Assembly: GCA_963813025.1 (NCBI GenBank)
Contig: CAWEXO010000014.1
Coordinates: 352,001 to 416,000, forward strand
DNA length: 64,000 nt
Direction: 5' to 3'
Source of the DNA: an uncultured Verrucomicrobiae bacterium
GTDB taxonomy: Bacteria > Verrucomicrobiota > Verrucomicrobiia > Chthoniobacterales > JAFAMB01
Both the position numbers and the translations under genes were made by a program. Positions 60,405 to 64,000 of this stretch are shown here, piece by piece; within the stretch, counting starts at the first letter, position 1; every line of letters begins with the position of its first letter. The notes below the pieces were generated by a model. That model was not told where the DNA came from and made no database searches. It saw only the letters and a list, made by a program, of their open reading frames with translations.

Positions 60405-60815
60405 AGCTTGGTATTTTAATGTCGCTGCACGACGTTCGTTCCATGTTCCTGAATGGCCGATTTCAAAGGGACGACGAAGAACCGGATCCGTCCAGGACAT
60501 CCTTGTCAATTTTGTCGAGAATATTTCGGAAACGGAGGGACAAAGCCGCCCAGCCGGCGTGCAAACTGCCGCGATGGACGTTCCCGTCACCAGCGGAACG
60601 GGATTGTGCCCGCTCGTCAGCCTCTGGCGGCAACCGTCGTGCGGGCGCTGGTGGATCTACGGGGCGAGCCTTATTTTTGCCACCGCTGTCCGGCAAGGAA
60701 ATATCTGCTTTACTACCATTGGCTGTTGCCACTGCGGTAAGTTCCTGCCTCAGCCTGAAAATGCTGCTGAGAATAGGGTTCTTCGCTTTGAGACAAAGGA
60801 AAACGTAGAACCGAT

Positions 60816-62324
60816 TTAGTACCCGCCGGCCTGCATTGTCCAATTGGACAGTTGCGCTCGCTCACCGGTATTCGGATCAAGAATCAATCGGTGTGCGTGA
60901 TGCTCGGAGAAAAAGTCGAACATATTAAGCAGGGAACCCGCCAGCGCATCAAATGAGTAGTCACCGATCCGGCCTAACTTCCAGTTGTCTTCGATAAATC
61001 GCAAAATGGACGATTGATCACTGATAGTGTGATCAACAAAGTTTTGCTTTGCGAACGGCGAAATCACGAGAAACGGCAAGCGGGGACCATAGCCGAAGCG
61101 TCCTTGATAACCACCCAGCGGCGGATTGGTTCCAGATTGGCCGTTTCGGGTAAAGACATCATAGCGAGTTTGCGACTGATTGACAGTGGGAGGCATTGCG
61201 TGATCATACCAGCCGTCTGAATCGTCATAGGAAATGATGATCGCGACGTGGGCCCAATAGGGCGATTTCATTAGCCGATTTATCGTCTCAACCAGAAATG
61301 TCTGTTCCAATAGCGGGCTGGAATACCCGGCATGACCGTCCTGATAGGCAGGCGCCTTGAGGTAAGAGACGGCCGGCAGATTATGCGCATCCAATGCCTG
61401 CCAGAAATCAGTGATATCATATTGATGATTCGCCTGGTCCGTGTGCCCGATGGCAGCGACTGATGTGGGCGGTTTATGATCCGGGTTTGCGGTGGAAGCG
61501 TAATATTGGAAAGGCTCATGGTGAGGGATATAATCCTTCGTCGGAGAACCGTTCGCGCCGATGTGGCCGTTGCGCGGATCTTTAAATCCTCCTTCGAACC
61601 AACCCCAGGTGATCCCTTTAGCGTTAAGCAGGTCACCAACGTTTTTGCCAGTCATCGCGAAAGTCGGAGCTCTTGAAGCGATATCGCCGGTCGGGTCGAC
61701 ATCAGAAATATCCGTACCCTGGAAAACTGCGCCGGGGATTTCCGGGAACGCGCCGTGCGTCTGCCCGGAAATTAGATTTAATGCGCCGGGAGTCGACGGG
61801 CCAGTCACTGTGCCATAGAAATTGTCGCTCATCGAAAAATTTTGAGCGTAATTCCAAAGAGCCGTAACCGTGTTTCCATCAAAGTAATCCATGACGGTGG
61901 TCGGAAATCCGTGTTCGGGTGTTCCAGTAGACTGGACAAACTTGTCCATCAGCCCATGGTCAAACGCTTTTTGTTCCGCTTGGTACTCATGATCTTGGTC
62001 TGCGGTTGCCGCATGGCCTCGATCCAGACGCTTCGGTTGTAACGAGTTCGGATTACTGGTCAGCAGTGTCTCATTGAGTCCGTTCACCTTTGGAGTGTCT
62101 GGTTTAGCTTCAAAGCGAGCTTCGCCAGCCGCATTCAGGGCTTTCGGATATGTAGCGAAGTAATGATCGAAGGAGACGTTCTCCTGAAAAATAACTACGA
62201 CATGGCTAATCGGGTAAGTTGTCTTACTACCAGCCGTATCATTGTGTGGATTGGCAAAACCGGTACCTGCGAAGGGCACTGTTCCCGTTAGCGCAATCAG
62301 ACACCAGGTACAAAATATTCTCAT
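60816..62324 (-). CDS. Secreted phosphoesterase / phospholipase C family
   Basis: Signal peptide, HVVVIFQENVSFDHYF, GPSTPG, HHEPFQY, YDDSDGWYDH, GPRLP..VISP. Confidence 0.9.
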   Translation of the reverse strand: MRIFCTWCLIALTGTVPFAGTGFANPHNDTAGSKTTYPISHVVVIFQENVSFDHYFATYPKALNAAGEARFEAKPDTPKVNGLNETLLTSNPNSLQPKRLDRGHAATADQDHEYQAEQKAFDHGLMDKFVQSTGTPEHGFPTTVMDYFDGNTVTALWNYAQNFSMSDNFYGTVTGPSTPGALNLISGQTHGAFPEIPGAVFQGTDISDVDPTGDIASRAPTFAMTGKNVGDLLNAKGITWGWFEGGFKDPRNGHIGANGSPTKDYIPHHEPFQYYASTANPDHKPPTSVAAIGHTDQANHQYDITDFWQALDAHNLPAVSYLKAPAYQDGHAGYSSPLLEQTFLVETINRLMKSPYWAHVAIIISYDDSDGWYDHAMPPTVNQSQTRYDVFTRNGQSGTNPPLGGYQGRFGYGPRLPFLVISPFAKQNFVDHTISDQSSILRFIEDNWKLGRIGDYSFDALAGSLLNMFDFFSEHHAHRLILDPNTGERAQLSNWTMQAGGY

Positions 62325-62519
62325 TTAAACATCTCGAGTCTATCCGTGCCTTACTCAGCTGCCCATTTTACTCCGTTCCTGCGTGCTTTTTCAAATGGTT
62401 CGGGAGCGAGCCGGGGACCAATACCGACGACAGAGCGTGCGATGACACAACTCTTCGTCCAGATCGACGATTCGCCCGCCTTGGGCGCCGGGGCTTCGGC
62501 GGACGGCTGCGACGCTCCT

Positions 62520-62964
62520 GCATCAGGCCGCTCTCGTACACAACTTTGCCGCGGCGGTCCGCCTCCCGATAAATGAGGCCGAGCCTTTCGCGAAGCGCTT
62601 CAAATCGGCTATAAGGCACAACCAAGATGTCCATTGGCATGTTGATGTCACGAACGGAATTCCGTAGTCGGATGCTTGTCTTCGTGCATCCGAATCTGCT
62701 GTGGCTCGTTGTTCATCGCTAGATCCACACTGCTTCAGCTGCCCGGGTGTAAGCGGCTAAGGCCGCCACGCGCCCGTGCTCCCATCCAACGCTATGCTGG
62801 TCGCAAAGGCGGGCGTAGTCTTGTTCGAGTCTGGATGCGAGCTCATCCGGCTTCAGGTTAGCGGACGCAACGGCCAGCCTCCGTCGGGAAGGAGGTTTGG
62901 CCACTTGAGCCGCCGCCAACGGCGATCCGGCGCAGCGGGTCAGCAGTTCTTCTGATACTGGCAT
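62520..62964 (-). pseudogene. Degenerate minimal nucleotidyltransferase (MNT-like) gene
   Basis: SIRLRNSVRDINMPMDILVV...IYREADRRGKVVYE resembles MNT C-termini; GS...ADSD lies upstream in another frame. Confidence 0.45.
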
Positions 62965-62997
62965 AGCGCGCCGATGATCTTTCCTAATTCACTAACT

Positions 62998-63807
62998 TTA
63001 CACCCGGGCCGGGCTGGTCACCCCGATGAACTCGCGCGGGGTTCCGGCGCGGCCGCCCAGAGCTGCGGCCAAGGCGCCGAGGATTAAGGCCAGGGTAGCG
63101 GCCAAAGCGACTTTGGCGGCACTTTTACGCGTAGCGTCGGCGACTTTCTGAGCTTGGGCTTTGGCTTGCTCACCCAATTGCTGAGCCTTGGCTTGCGCCT
63201 GTTGGAAGGTTCGCTGATAGCCGGCTACGATCTGTTCGGCTTCCGGGCGACTCTTGCCTGTGCGATTCATGATCACGTTGACCAAGGCATCGCGGTCGAC
63301 TGCGTTAGCCACGTCGCCGTTCTGGGCGAAGGCGCGGTTGACAATGCCTTTGACATCCTGGTTGGGATCTTGGGCTGCGTTCTCGGCCTGAGTGACCGCA
63401 CCTGCCGAACGGTTCTGTAGGTTTTCAGGCTGCAACTGAGGCGTGCCGGTCTGGCGCAGAAGTTGGTCTACTTGTCCCTGAATGTTGGATAAGTCCACGC
63501 CACCTTCCTGCAGTTTCTGTTTAGCAGCATCAACCAGTCCGGGTTCAGCATGTGCCGCACCTTGGCCCGCGGCGCTTACCACCGAGGAGACCAGGCCGAG
63601 CAAGCTGAAAGCCAGCTGAATGACCAGCGCCATCACCACCCCGGCCAGGATTGCGCCCCAGGAAATGCGCTTAACAAAAGTTTCAGGTGCGGCAATGGCG
63701 TCCGTTGTGCCCAAGGGTCGGCCGCCGTCGCTTCGATAGGGTCGGGGTACAGTGGCCGTTTCCAGCGGTCCGTCGGCAGTGCGGCGAAGATTGTCGTTTG
63801 TGTCCAT
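62998..63807 (-). CDS. Hypothetical membrane protein with helical Gln/Ala-rich region
   Basis: RISWGAILAG N-terminal TM, RTGKSRPEAEQIV, C-terminal TM LILGALAAALGG. Confidence 0.7.
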   Translation of the reverse strand: MDTNDNLRRTADGPLETATVPRPYRSDGGRPLGTTDAIAAPETFVKRISWGAILAGVVMALVIQLAFSLLGLVSSVVSAAGQGAAHAEPGLVDAAKQKLQEGGVDLSNIQGQVDQLLRQTGTPQLQPENLQNRSAGAVTQAENAAQDPNQDVKGIVNRAFAQNGDVANAVDRDALVNVIMNRTGKSRPEAEQIVAGYQRTFQQAQAKAQQLGEQAKAQAQKVADATRKSAAKVALAATLALILGALAAALGGRAGTPREFIGVTSPARV

Positions 63808-64000
63808 AAGTCTTAAGTGGATTCTCTAATTGGTCAGTCCTGACAGGCACCTGTTGGATTGGTGCAGGCCTTCCGTGCCACGAATGCCGCATGGGCATCT
63901 TTCGCTCCGATTTGGGCAAAGGCCCATACTGTTATGGTCGAGTTATGATCGCTTTCCGGTATGCTGAGCAGCCTGAGCACTTCTTCTTTGAAGTGACGAA

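Overview
This is a GC-rich bacterial chromosomal window. Gene content and a TGTTC-N4-GAACA SOS box point to Verrucomicrobiota (inference). Most of it is housekeeping: pyrR-pyrB-pyrC, mrp, cysK, imuA-imuB-dnaE2, a bc-complex/caa3 oxidase cluster, lipA, rpoD, dnaG, thiH/thiS, exbBD-TPR, uvrC, PBP2, FKBP, aspS, hisS, ackA, system II cytochrome c biogenesis, rbsK, ltaE, udg, rluD, trpC, tRNA-Gly, VOC/DoxX and a phosphoesterase. The standout is a complete IS110-family (IS621-like) element at about 3620-4945, inserted through a CT core into a GTAG-type palindromic repeat. Its bridge RNA can be read from the sequence: target guides match the repeat family, donor guides match the element's own end junction, and a sigma70 promoter forms only on circularisation. 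Unoccupied copies of the target lie elsewhere in the window. Bridge recombinases are a known class, so this is a new decoded instance rather than a new class. Other points are a PyrR RNA site covering the pyrR translation start, paired loss of Mg-site ligands in the oxidase, several intergenic repeat families, and many frameshifts (including in rpoD and dnaG) that are most likely sequencing errors.
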